Below are positions 1 through 10,170 of a stretch of DNA of 39,429 bases, in pieces. The notes under the pieces were generated by a model, which did no database searches, was not told where the DNA came from, and saw nothing but the letters and a program-made list of their open reading frames with translations. The translations under genes and the position numbers were made by a program. Within the stretch, counting starts at the first letter, position 1; each line of letters opens with the position of its first letter. The stretch comes from Octopus bimaculoides (taxonomy: Eukaryota): contig NC_068992.1 in the NCBI RefSeq assembly GCF_001194135.2, positions 25,719,677 to 25,759,105 of the forward strand, in the 5' to 3' direction.

Positions 1-190
1 ATATATATATATATATATATATACATATATACAAACATACACACACTCACATATAAATATATGTAGGTATACATATCCATGTATATATATATATATGTGA
101 GTGTGTTTGTGTGTGTGTGTGCGTGTGTGTATGTATACATATATATATATGTATATATCGAGAAACAGACAGACATACAGACAGACAGAC

Positions 191-244
<54 letters not shown>

Positions 245-246
245 GT

Positions 247-308
<62 letters not shown>
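1..308. repeat. Compound microsatellite (TA)n/(GT)n/(GACA)n/(GATA)n/(GA)n
   Basis: Directly visible tandem units. Confidence 0.95.
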
Positions 309-680
309 TTAGATAGATATTACCTAGCCACTCTCTGATAATATGTGCCAAAGTTCTTATCTTGCGTTTTGGGACAATTCCTTGTACTTATTATTTATTC
401 CGTGTAACATCCTTCCTCTTGAAATGGTGCCAGCATGTCTATAGAATAGGTCTCAATTGTGATGGAACACAAATAATTTTCAGACTAGTCGGCTCGAATA
501 TTTCCTTTAAAAATCATAGCAAAATAAATCCAGTTTGTGCTGACAGATTTCAGAATATCAACTGAGATTTAAAATAGCCAGGCTTGGATAGAAATAGAAT
601 CAGAATTATCGCAACAAAATCGTCCCAGAAAATAAAACATGGCTCCGTAACTCTAAGGAATAGAACACGTGACTCATATG

Positions 681-1000
681 TATATGTATAAGTGAGTGTG
701 CATGTTTGTGAATGTGCGTACACGTGTGTGCCTGTTTGCCTATGTCTCTGTGTTTGTGTGTCTATGTATGTGTGCGTGTGTTTGTATGTGTGCGTGTGCA
801 CGCGGATGTATGTATGAATAAATACACACATACGCACACATACATATGCATGCATACACACATACATACATGCATACATACATACATACATATATACATA
901 CATACATACATAAACACACATATATACGGATATTGATAATTATTTACACATGCATTCTTATATACAAACACGTATACATTTACATACATATATTTATACA
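681..1000. repeat. Degenerate (GT)/(CA)/(CATA) low-complexity tract
   Basis: Directly visible; source of spurious MCVYV/HTHT ORFs. Confidence 0.9.
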
Positions 1001-1414
1001 TAAATATTAATGCATAAATTGTTTGAATTATTTATACATGATTAGTATATTCTTTCTTCATATTTTCCGCTAAACGTAGGCGTGAATTTAGCTTTCTGCT
1101 CTGGTATTCCTTGACCTGAGAGCATCTCACATCAAGTGACCTAAAATGTACACACACTTGCTCCAGCAATATAATGGAACTTACAAGACTCACGTGTTCT
1201 GCATATTTGTGTCTCGCTCGATAAATTCACTTCCCGAAAATCTGAAATCAGGTAAGAACATTTCTTTGAAAACTCAGAATTCGAAAACGTGTTCCAAGAC
1301 CCACCGATGTGATATCAATAAGTGGTGGAATCAAAACAATGGTGTAGGTCTTTTCTTAATATCTTCACCCGTATCTCTATTTGAATGTCCCTTTTTGCCA
1401 TTGAATTTCGTTTA

Positions 1415-1452
1415 TGACGTCAGCAAGCAACACACCTCCTCCAGTGACGTCA
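1415..1452. promoter_or_regulatory. Pair of perfect CRE (CREB/ATF) palindromes, candidate cAMP-responsive element
   Basis: TGACGTCA at 1415-1422 and 1445-1452 (30-bp period), plus half-site CGTCA at 1514-1518, in a non-microsatellite island. Function is inferred only. Confidence 0.35.
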
Positions 1453-1560
1453 ACAGGTATTTCAGAATACTTATTTCCCGGTAGTGAAGCAAATTCCAAA
1501 GGCGAAAAGACATCGTCACGTTCAATTTTCCAGATTGAGTGGAAGATTAACTCTGTTTTT

Positions 1561-1891
1561 TATCTTTTAATTGCTTCACTCATTAGGCTGCGGCCATGCC
1601 GGGGCACCGCTTTGAAAGATTTTCCGTATTTGTTTATTGCAAAGCCTGGTACTTATTCTAATGGTCTCTTCTGAGGTACCACTATGTAATGAGAACGTAA
1701 TCACACGAATACCGGTTGTGAAGCATGTACATATACGGTGGGTTTCCTTCAGTTTTCTTCTAGGAAATTGACTCATAAGGCTTTGGTCGGCCCGGTCGCT
1801 GATACATGCCCAATGCGCCACACAGTGGGATTCAACACGAAACTGGAGGATTGGGAAGCAAACTTCTTACATTGCTGCTATGCTTTCGCCT
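1561..1891 (-). mobile_element. tRNA-derived SINE, family A, near full length
   Basis: Reverse complement aligns by eye with copies at 3852-4230 and 33421-33723 (shared blocks CAAAGCCTT(G)TGAGT, AATAAGTACCAGGCTT, GCGGTGCCCCGGCATGGCCGCAG). Confidence 0.85.
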
Positions 1892-1984
1892 CAGGCTTAC
1901 TATCAACATTTAAAATAATATTTATTCAGCTTATACTTATGTATGTCATGTTTTGCAATATATTGAACGGAGACAAAGACATGC

Positions 1985-2109
1985 TCTCTCTGTCTGTCTC
2001 AATCTCTCTCTCTCTCTCACTCTGTCTCTCTAACACACACTCTCTCTCTCTCTCTATTTCGTATTTTGTCTTTATCTCTCATATTCTCTCTCCCTCCCTT
2101 TTCTCGGCC

Positions 2110-2158
<49 letters not shown>

Positions 2159-2160
2159 TC
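1985..2160. repeat. (CT)n/(CTAT)n microsatellite
   Basis: Directly visible. Confidence 0.9.
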
Positions 2161-2192
2161 CTCTATCCGTCTGTATTTCATTGTCTGCTTCT

Positions 2193-2352
2193 AGGCGAAG
2201 AAATGGCCGTGGGGTTTGGGGTCTACTTCTCAATCATGCTTCCGGGGTCAGTGTCTCTGCCCTACGTCTTAGGCAAGTGTGATCTACTACTGCCGTGAGT
2301 CCGCCAAAGCCTTCTGAGTGGAATTGATGGAAGGTAAATAAAAGGAGGTCTT
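2193..2352 (+). mobile_element. SINE family A, degenerate 5' half
   Basis: AGGCG...GGCAAGTGT...CCAAAGCCTTCTGAGTGGAATTG matches the head/core of the other family A copies. Confidence 0.7.
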
Positions 2353-2354
2353 TG

Positions 2355-2703
2355 GATGGATGGATGGATGGATGGATGGATGGATGGATGGATAGATGGA
2401 TGGATGTACAGACAGGCAGACAGATAGCTTTTGGTAAGCAGCGGCGATTTTTACAATTCTGTAAATAATAATGTTTTATAAGCTTAAAGCTAATAAGTGA
2501 TGGACGTGATCACATACACGAGAGATACAGAGTGAGAAAGATAGAGAGAGAGAGAGACGGACAGACAGACAAGCTGACTGACTGAAAGACAGATAGATAC
2601 TTATATACAAACATACATACATACACACAAGCATACATGCATGCATACATACGTACACTTAAGTGCATACATACATACATACATACATACATACACACAC
2701 ACA

Positions 2704-2737
<34 letters not shown>

Positions 2738-2790
2738 CATACATACATACATACATACATACATACATACATACATACATACATACGTAT
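2355..2790. repeat. Compound (GATG)n/(GACA)n/(CATA)n microsatellites
   Basis: Directly visible. Confidence 0.9.
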
Positions 2791-3152
2791 AAGTGTTATA
2801 TGTGATGTCGATAGTAACCCTTTCAAAATCTATTTGAATATAAACTTCCAACGAACCCTGATAAGGCAACATAGAATATTATTTATAAAACTCCAAGTAG
2901 TGTAAATTATTGCGACCAGTAAAGGTAAGCTGGCGCCCAATTTCTTCATCCACTCAGGCCGCATCCAATGAGGAACTGACTTACGTCTTTCTAAAAAATT
3001 GGGACCATATTGGCAACCCGATTAATCTTCTCCCACGTTCTCTCTTCCTCCTCTCTCCCTCATCTCCCTTTTACTCTCCCGCATCAAGTTCTCTCTTTCT
3101 CTATCACGTATATCTATCTTTCACTTCCCCAACACTTTCTCTTTGTTTAAAC

Positions 3153-3175
3153 ATGCGTATGTATGTATATATATG

Positions 3176-3259
<84 letters not shown>

Positions 3260-3435
3260 CGTGTGTGTGTTCGTGAATGCATATATATCTACATACACAT
3301 ACATTCACATGTATACTTACCTTTAAATATACATACTGACGCGAAACACATTCCTACGTGAACCCAAACAACGCATACACACATGCGTACATGCACAACA
3401 TGTGTGTGCGTGTGTGTATGTGTGTGTTTATGTGT
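3153..3435. repeat. (GT)n and degenerate (CA)/(GT) tract
   Basis: Directly visible. Confidence 0.9.
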
Positions 3436-3851
3436 GTGAAACATCAAGTTTCAAATTCTAACATAAATTAGAAGAAAGTAAATTGAATCGTTGAATATTT
3501 TTTCTCTAAATATTTATATTTCCAACAACCAGAAGTCTCCAATCACCCCGCCAGCCCTTGGTTCTTTTTTTTTTTGTTTTTTTCATTTATTTTTTGTCTC
3601 CTAATTTTCACACTGAAATAGAATTTAGATGAAGTGTTAGTCAAATACACCATCACTGGGAACTAAGACTTTATCGTTATATATCAAAGGTGTTTACTTA
3701 GTGACACAGCTTCAATTTGTTTTATATGACAATAAAACTGTCGCTCTCAAACTCAGTCGAAATCGCTTTTCCCAACTTCTTTCGACACTTGATGTTATGC
3801 AATCATAACGCCAATTAGGGGTCAATGATATTGATTAGTAAATGTTTTCAC

Positions 3852-4230
3852 AGGCGCCGGCGTGGCTGTGTGGTAACACGCTTGCTTCCTAGCCTCATGG
3901 TTGCGTAGCACCTTCCGCAAAGCCTTGTGACTGAATTTGGTAGACGGAAGCTAGAAGAAGCTCGTCGTATAAAAATATGTGTGTGTGTGTTTGGGTGTTT
4001 TTGTCTGTCCCTCTCTTCCCCGCCCGCCATCACTTGACAATCGATGCAGGTGTGTCTATGTCCCTGTAACTTCGCGGTTCGACAAAAAATCCGATAGAAT
4101 AAGTACTAGGCTTACAAAGAATAAGTCTTGGGGTTGATTTGTTCGAATAACAACATTTAAGGCGCTGCTCCAGCCTGGCCGCAGTCAAATGACTGAAACA
4201 AGTAAATAAAAATAAAAGAATAAAAGAATA
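3852..4230 (+). mobile_element. SINE family A with internal deletions in the head
   Basis: A-box-like TGGCTGTGTGG, internal (TG)n, 3' CAGTCAAATGACTGAAACAAGTAA and (AATAAAAG) tail. It lacks the B-box segment and the GGGCAAGTGT...GGGCCGAC block seen in the 1561-1891 copy. Confidence 0.85.
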
Positions 4231-4484
4231 TCATATCACACCAACTAGTGTTCGTTTCGCAGCTTATACTAAATTGGAGGTCACTGCAACACAATTTACT
4301 ACAATTTGTATAAATTCATTCAGCTCTGACGTTTCTACAGCAAATCAACTGATCACATGAACTTATAATACCCAGACATCTTTAGCATCCACTTAAGTTT
4401 GAGGAAGTAGTTAGCTAACTGTTTATCTTTCCGACAATGGAATCGAAACTAATTTGAACCGAACCTTGAGTGCGTGTATGCACA

Positions 4485-4532
<48 letters not shown>

Positions 4533-4908
4533 TACATACAGAAACTGCTGCAATTAACTGTAATGTAAATGAACGTTTTAGAACCACGATGCAACTGTTA
4601 TACCAGGAGAGGTGATTGTAGGGCCAGAATTCAAATTCCATTCAAAAGGTAGCGCTATGACCTTCAACTAAATACCAACACAGAAAGTGTGCTGGAATTA
4701 GTTCACTTTGGAAACGTGGTAAGTGATGGATCCTTGATGAAGCTACAGCGACTAGGATGTATAATTGCATACAGAGCGATGTGCAGTTGGTGCAGTAGAA
4801 ACATATGTTGGTCATCGTTATAAAAGGTGTAGAAACATTTTAATAAAAAGTTTCGGATGTGAATTAATTTCTTTTGTCCTCTTGGTTCTCAATTATACAT
4901 ACATACAA

Positions 4909-4943
<35 letters not shown>

Positions 4944-5012
4944 TATATAATTTTTTTCCAGAATGAAATAAAAAACCAAGGCTGTGAAGGTTTTAAAACA
5001 TTTATAAATAGG

Positions 5013-5060
5013 TTTTACAGCTGTTTCCATGTTATATATTCTATCCCTTCATCGAGGACG
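5013..5060 (-). ncRNA. Degenerate hammerhead motif (partner arm)
   Basis: Minus strand reads GTCC-TCGATGA-AGGGATAG...CATG-GAAA-CAGCTG-TA. Palindromic ACAGCTGT helix III and GTA triplet are intact; core and helix II are mutated. Confidence 0.45.
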
Positions 5061-5360
5061 GTGTGATGAAATGGTTAAGCAATAGTTAATTTAGATACGA
5101 TACGAAATAGAGAGTGAAGTAATTTAAATGAAACCCTCGATTCAATAGCACTGTGTACAAACTCTATACTTGGAATGACCAATTTTAAATACAATTGGAA
5201 TTTACTCACAAGGTAATGGAATCTTATATGTATCCCATTCTGCCTAAATGTTGGATATACAAATGCAATATACTTGCATATCTTACGTCTATTTTCATTC
5301 CTCTACGTCACTCTCTATTTCTTATCTAAATTAACTCTTGCTTAACCATTTTCTCACACC

Positions 5361-5408
5361 GTCTCTGATGAAGGGATATAATAAATATCCTGGAAACAGT
5401 TGTTAGAT
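5361..5408 (+). ncRNA. Minimal type I hammerhead ribozyme motif
   Basis: Helix I GTCT(5361-5364)/AGAT(5405-5408); core CTGATGA 5365-5371; helix II GGGATAT/ATATCCT; GAAA 5393-5396; helix III C-AGTT-G; cleavage triplet GTT 5402-5404. One A.G mismatch at the base of helix II. Confidence 0.6.
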
Positions 5409-5643
5409 CTTCTATTTATAAATGTTCTAAAATCTTCACAACTTTGTTTTTTTATCTTATTCTGATTTTTTTTTAATATATATACACATGCTGATATATG
5501 ACCTACAATGGACTCCTTATTCGCATAATCACCGAATCTGGAGCTTAACCATGGTCAATCCAAAATACTTACTCACCAATCCTTAAAAACTCTGGGTCTC
5601 ATTGACACCATTACCTCTCATAACCCCCCTCTCTCTCTCTCTC

Positions 5644-5683
<40 letters not shown>

Positions 5684-5686
<3 letters not shown>

Positions 5687-5954
5687 TTAGGGAAAATAAC
5701 CAGTTTTCAAGAACTCATCGATGAAAATCCACTATCACATATAGAAAAATTAATAATTAAAAGCACAATAAATGAGTATAATATAAAGTAAAGTAAATAT
5801 CATAAGATAAATATAATAAAAAGATTACACGTGTTTCATAACCAATTTTCAAATAGAAAAGAAATTTAAATCGATTAAAATCAATTGAAATTATCGAAAA
5901 TAAGTTCTATTCAAAAATATAGCTACTCGTCAGATCGTAATTAGAACAATAATT
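5684..5954 (-). mobile_element. AT-rich interspersed repeat carrying an HHR, truncated by an assembly gap
   Basis: Starts directly after a (TA)n tract and contains the HHR fold below. Resemblance to an Octopus (TA)n-associated repeat is from memory only. Confidence 0.5.
5821..5938 (-). ncRNA. Type I hammerhead ribozyme with an 89-nt helix II domain
   Basis: Minus strand: GAT-CTGACGA (5933-5927)-[89 nt]-GAAA (5837-5834)-CACGTG-TA-ATC. Palindrome ACACGTGT at 5827-5834; GTA triplet 5828-5826. The insert ends pair as 7 bp + bulge + 14 bp. Confidence 0.6.
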
Positions 5955-6642
5955 NNNNNNNNNNNNNNNNNNNNNNNNNNNNNNNNNNNNNNNNNNNNNN
6001 NNNNNNNNNNNNNNNNNNNNNNNNNNNNNNNNNNNNNNNNNNNNNNNNNNNNNNNNNNNNNNNNNNNNNNNNNNNNNNNNNNNNNNNNNNNNNNNNNNNN
6101 NNNNNNNNNNNNNNNNNNNNNNNNNNNNNNNNNNNNNNNNNNNNNNNNNNNNNNNNNNNNNNNNNNNNNNNNNNNNNNNNNNNNNNNNNNNNNNNNNNNN
6201 NNNNNNNNNNNNNNNNNNNNNNNNNNNNNNNNNNNNNNNNNNNNNNNNNNNNNNNNNNNNNNNNNNNNNNNNNNNNNNNNNNNNNNNNNNNNNNNNNNNN
6301 NNNNNNNNNNNNNNNNNNNNNNNNNNNNNNNNNNNNNNNNNNNNNNNNNNNNNNNNNNNNNNNNNNNNNNNNNNNNNNNNNNNNNNNNNNNNNNNNNNNN
6401 NNNNNNNNNNNNNNNNNNNNNNNNNNNNNNNNNNNNNNNNNNNNNNNNNNNNNNNNNNNNNNNNNNNNNNNNNNNNNNNNNNNNNNNNNNNNATATTATG
6501 TTGAAATGAAACTATAACTTCTAAATAATATAGTGTTAAATAAGTAATCTATTAAAATAATATATAAAGAAACAAATGAATAGTATAAAAACAAGAATAC
6601 ATATTATTTTCAAATAGTAGAAAATCTTTAGCAAAGTGAAAA

Positions 6643-7337
6643 CAGTACTTATCCAAATTTTTCCGTAATTCAAAACACGCGCGTGTGCAGGGAGTAAATA
6701 GACACCTTTCATTTACAAAATTTCTTATCTAAGCACCTTAATATGTTTTCAGCGATGTAGAATTTACAATATAATTATTCTTTTTCATCCCAGGTGTCAC
6801 TACATTAAACATTTGCGAAGAGTAACCATGCCACGCACAAAAAATTCAGCAGAACTGTCAGATTTTCAAAGAGGTCGTATTGTTAGGCAATCTGAGGCTG
6901 GTCTTAGGCAGCGAAAAATTGCCGAAAATCTTCAAATTCCTTTTGCTACTGTTAATAGAATTATGGTGCAATTCAAAAGCCAAAGAAAAGAATCAACAGA
7001 TACTCGTCCCGACTGACATGGGCCCTCGGAATGGAAGTTTCACTGTTTGAAAGAACTGTGGGAAACGAACTCTGTTCGAAGGCTTCTGACATTGCAAAAC
7101 AGCTAGAAGTTAGTCCAAGAACGTGTTGTACATGTCTGCATAAGCTTTGGGTACTGTGGCCGAGCAGCTAGAAGAAAACCTTTCCTTCAAACAATTAATA
7201 TCATGAAAGGAAAGAAATGGGCAATGGAGATGTCAGAAAAATCCAGTTCATTTTGGGATAGAGTGATTTTCTCAGATGAATCCAGATTTGCGTTACTTTC
7301 AGAGAGTGGCGGGGTTTTGGGGTCTCGCGGCTTCCAA
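6643..7337 (+). mobile_element. Tc1/mariner DNA transposon, 5' part (3' part lost in N gap)
   Basis: Contains the transposase relic below. The left end at CAGTACTTATCC (6643) is a guess. Confidence 0.75.
6828..7337 (+). pseudogene. Tc1-family transposase pseudogene (paired-like HTH to first catalytic D)
   Basis: [19 protein letters not shown]...[16 protein letters not shown]; ASDIAKQLEVSPRT; GYCGRAARRKPFL...KWA...FWDRVIFSDESRF. Stop at 7014-7016 and frameshifts. Confidence 0.9.
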
Positions 7338-8108
7338 NNNNNNNNNNNNNNNNNNNNNNNNNNNNNNNNNNNNNNNNNNNNNNNNNNNNNNNNNNNNNNN
7401 NNNNNNNNNNNNNNNNNNNNNNNNNNNNNNNNNNNNNNNNNNNNNNNNNNNNNNNNNNNNNNNNNNNNNNNNNNNNNNNNNNNNNNNNNNNNNNNNNNNN
7501 NNNNNNNNNNNNNNNNNNNNNNNNNNNNNNNNNNNNNNNNNNNNNNNNNNNNNNNNNNNNNNNNNNNNNNNNNNNNNNNNNNNNNNNNNNNNNNNNNNNN
7601 NNNNNNNNNNNNNNNNNNNNNNNNNNNNNNNNNNNNNNNNNNNNNNNNNNNNNNNNNNNNNNNNNNNNNNNNNNNNNNNNNNNNNNNNNNNNNNNNNNNN
7701 NNNNNNNNNNNNNNNNNNNNNNNNNNNNNNNNNNNNNNNNNNNNNNNNNNNNNNNNNNNNNNNNNNNNNNNNNNNNNNNNNNNNNNNNNNNNNNNNNNNN
7801 NNNNNNNNNNNNNNNNNNNNNNNNNNNNNNNNNNNNNNNNNNNNNNNNNNNNNNNNNNNNNNNNNNNNNNNNNNNNNNNNNNNNNNNNNNNNNNNNNNNN
7901 NNNNNNNNNNNNNNNNNNNNNNNNNNNNNNNNNNNNNNNNNNNNNNNNNNNNNNNNNNNNNNNNNNNNNNNNNNNNNNNNNNNNNNNNNNNNNNNNNNNN
8001 NNNNNNNNNNNNNNNNNNNNNNNNNNNNNNNNNNNNNNNNNNNNNNNNNNNNNNNNNNNNNNNNNNNNNNNNNNNNNNNNNNNNNNNNNNTATATATATT
8101 AAAATATG

Positions 8109-8390
8109 AAGGCACTTGACTCAGTGGTTAAAGTGTTGCATTCACGATCGCTAGACCGTGGGTTCGATCCCCAGACCGTGCGTTGCGTTGTGTTCTAAAG
8201 CATAGCACTTCATTTTACATCGCTCTGAGATCATCATGGGATACCCGTTGCACCTCTATAAGTAATATCGATTTAAGTGAGCTTATGCGTATGCAAACAT
8301 TTGGACACTATAAACAACTCCTCTGTGTGGTTGTTCAGTAAAAAATTGTCGAACCCTGATACGTAGTCTAGCGAAGGGAGAGTCCACCGT
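8109..8390 (+). mobile_element. tRNA-derived SINE (family B, decayed)
   Basis: A-box TGACTCAGTGG and B-box GGGTTCGATCCC, followed by CAGACCG.GCGTTG shared with the head of the 29568 SINE. Confidence 0.7.
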
Positions 8391-8879
8391 ATATATATAT
8401 ATGTATCTGCATGTCACCACTCCGGTGATATGTCGTTCAGTCAGTTTAAAAACATTTATCATTGTTCTCCTTTGCTCACTGTAACGGGATGTTTCATAAT
8501 GACTTTTTTTATCTATGTAGCCATTCATTTATAATGAGAGTAGTAGAGTTGTTTTATGAATTCAGGTGGAGGGGTATATATGACCCATCTAGCTACTTAC
8601 TCCACTCAGTATCAACATCTATGACGAGTCTGTGATGATAAGTTGCACCAGATAATATATTACGATGACGCTCGTTCATATTTTCCTCTCGGACAGGTGC
8701 ATTTCGCTAAACGTACCCAGCGCTCAGATGGTTATTTTTCACAGTGTAACAGATTAAAATTACTCAGGCTTGAACAGTAATTATTCCGCGGTCGGACTTT
8801 CACTCAGATTCAGTCAACCAAATTTCACTCGCACGTCTTAAGTCAACCGGAAATTAAGTCAGGGGACATTAATGACTCT

Positions 8880-10039
8880 AATCTAAGGCACCATTCAATA
8901 TGATTAAACTGGACTGCATTTAGTTGGAAAATGAACTTCTTAACCACGCGAGACATACCAGGATTCATATGAAGATAAAGGCGTTTACGCTTGATTAGAT
9001 AATCTATGTTACCTGAATCACAGAATTAAACTTCATTATCTCGTTTCAAATACCTTTCACTATTAACCATTGTTGATTGTAAATAGTTTCTTGTTTTCCT
9101 TTTAATTTATTGTAATTCGTTTCTCTTTCCACGTAACGATTATATCCTATCAATAACAGCTTCAATAAAAAGCACTGGTTGTACTTCGTGTACTTTAGTT
9201 TTCGGCTCCACACATCTAATCTTGCAAGTTCATTTAATTCTGAATTTATTTTAAGAGTTCGTGTTTTCTCTCTCTCTTTATGGGGTATTATATTATCTCT
9301 GTACCCTTAAATATACTCATGGGAAGGTTCCCTTTTTAGTTCTCTTCTTTATATCAGCATCAAACTTTATTTTTATTCTTATTCAATTTGTTTATTTAAG
9401 AAGCAGCTTCAGTATATTTGTCTAATTCCATGATTATTTTTACGTGTCATTACTGAATACTGTTAAGCCGCTATTACTATAGTATCAGCTGCGCAACTAA
9501 CAGTTTCAGATATTTCCTCGAGTCTTTCTATCATAAGTCATAATTTCTTGTTCTCCAGTTCAAATCCTTCAAATCTTAATTTCCTCCTTCATCCTTTAAG
9601 GATCTATCTAGTTCTCCCCCTCCATTATTGCGAGGTATTATTTAGTTATCGTTGCAATTATGTGGCTTCATGCCAGCTCTAACTGAGCGGCGCAGTGATC
9701 AAAGACACATTTCAGCTTTAGCCAGCTCCTGTTTTTGATGCAATCAGAAATACAAACTATAATATAATCCTTTCAATATTTTAGACGGCAGCTATTGATT
9801 TGTGGGAGAGAAGGTCGATTCACCATTTAAAGGTCCCGTCGTTGACAGTAATTTATTGTCGAGGTACATGAATCCAGACCACATACCTTATACTTCGACT
9901 GTAGCATTTGTAATATATTTTTATGTAATAGATGTATTAATGTCTTAGTAATTTGCGGAACATAAAAGAGTAAGGACAATATGAAGACAGACTGGATCGT
10001 ATATCATTCTTTTTATTAATATTTTCAATTGTGATTGCA

Positions 10040-10090
<51 letters not shown>

Positions 10091-10130
10091 NNNNNNNNNN
10101 NNNNNNNNNNNNNNNNNNNNNNNNNNNNNN

Positions 10131-10170
<40 letters not shown>

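Larger units (their letters stand above)
4959..5464. mobile_element. Head-to-head inverted-repeat element (arms about 4959-5133 and 5293-5464), HHR-bearing, probably PLE-derived
   Basis: The arms are reverse complements over about 170 nt (e.g. TATCCCTTCATC..GACGGTGTGA..AAATGGTTAAGCAA.AGTTAATTTAGATA). Each carries a hammerhead-like motif pointing away from the centre. Confidence 0.75.

Noticed and set aside
324-438. Minus-strand exon-like segment (CTATAG|...GGCTAG|GTAATA)
   Set aside because: Stops in all three frames and no other support.
550-3361. ORFs rich in VC/HT/YI/MYVC repeats, here and throughout the window
   Set aside because: Translations of dinucleotide and tetranucleotide microsatellites.
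4582-4724. Strong donor GTG|GTAAGT at 4719 with upstream acceptors
   Set aside because: All frames from plausible acceptors contain stops.
7201-8115. Long ORFs spanning N runs (also 19850-20690, 25945-27067, 30004-31012, 32878-33547)
   Set aside because: Length comes from unknown bases. Only the Tc1 prefix at 7203-7337 is meaningful.
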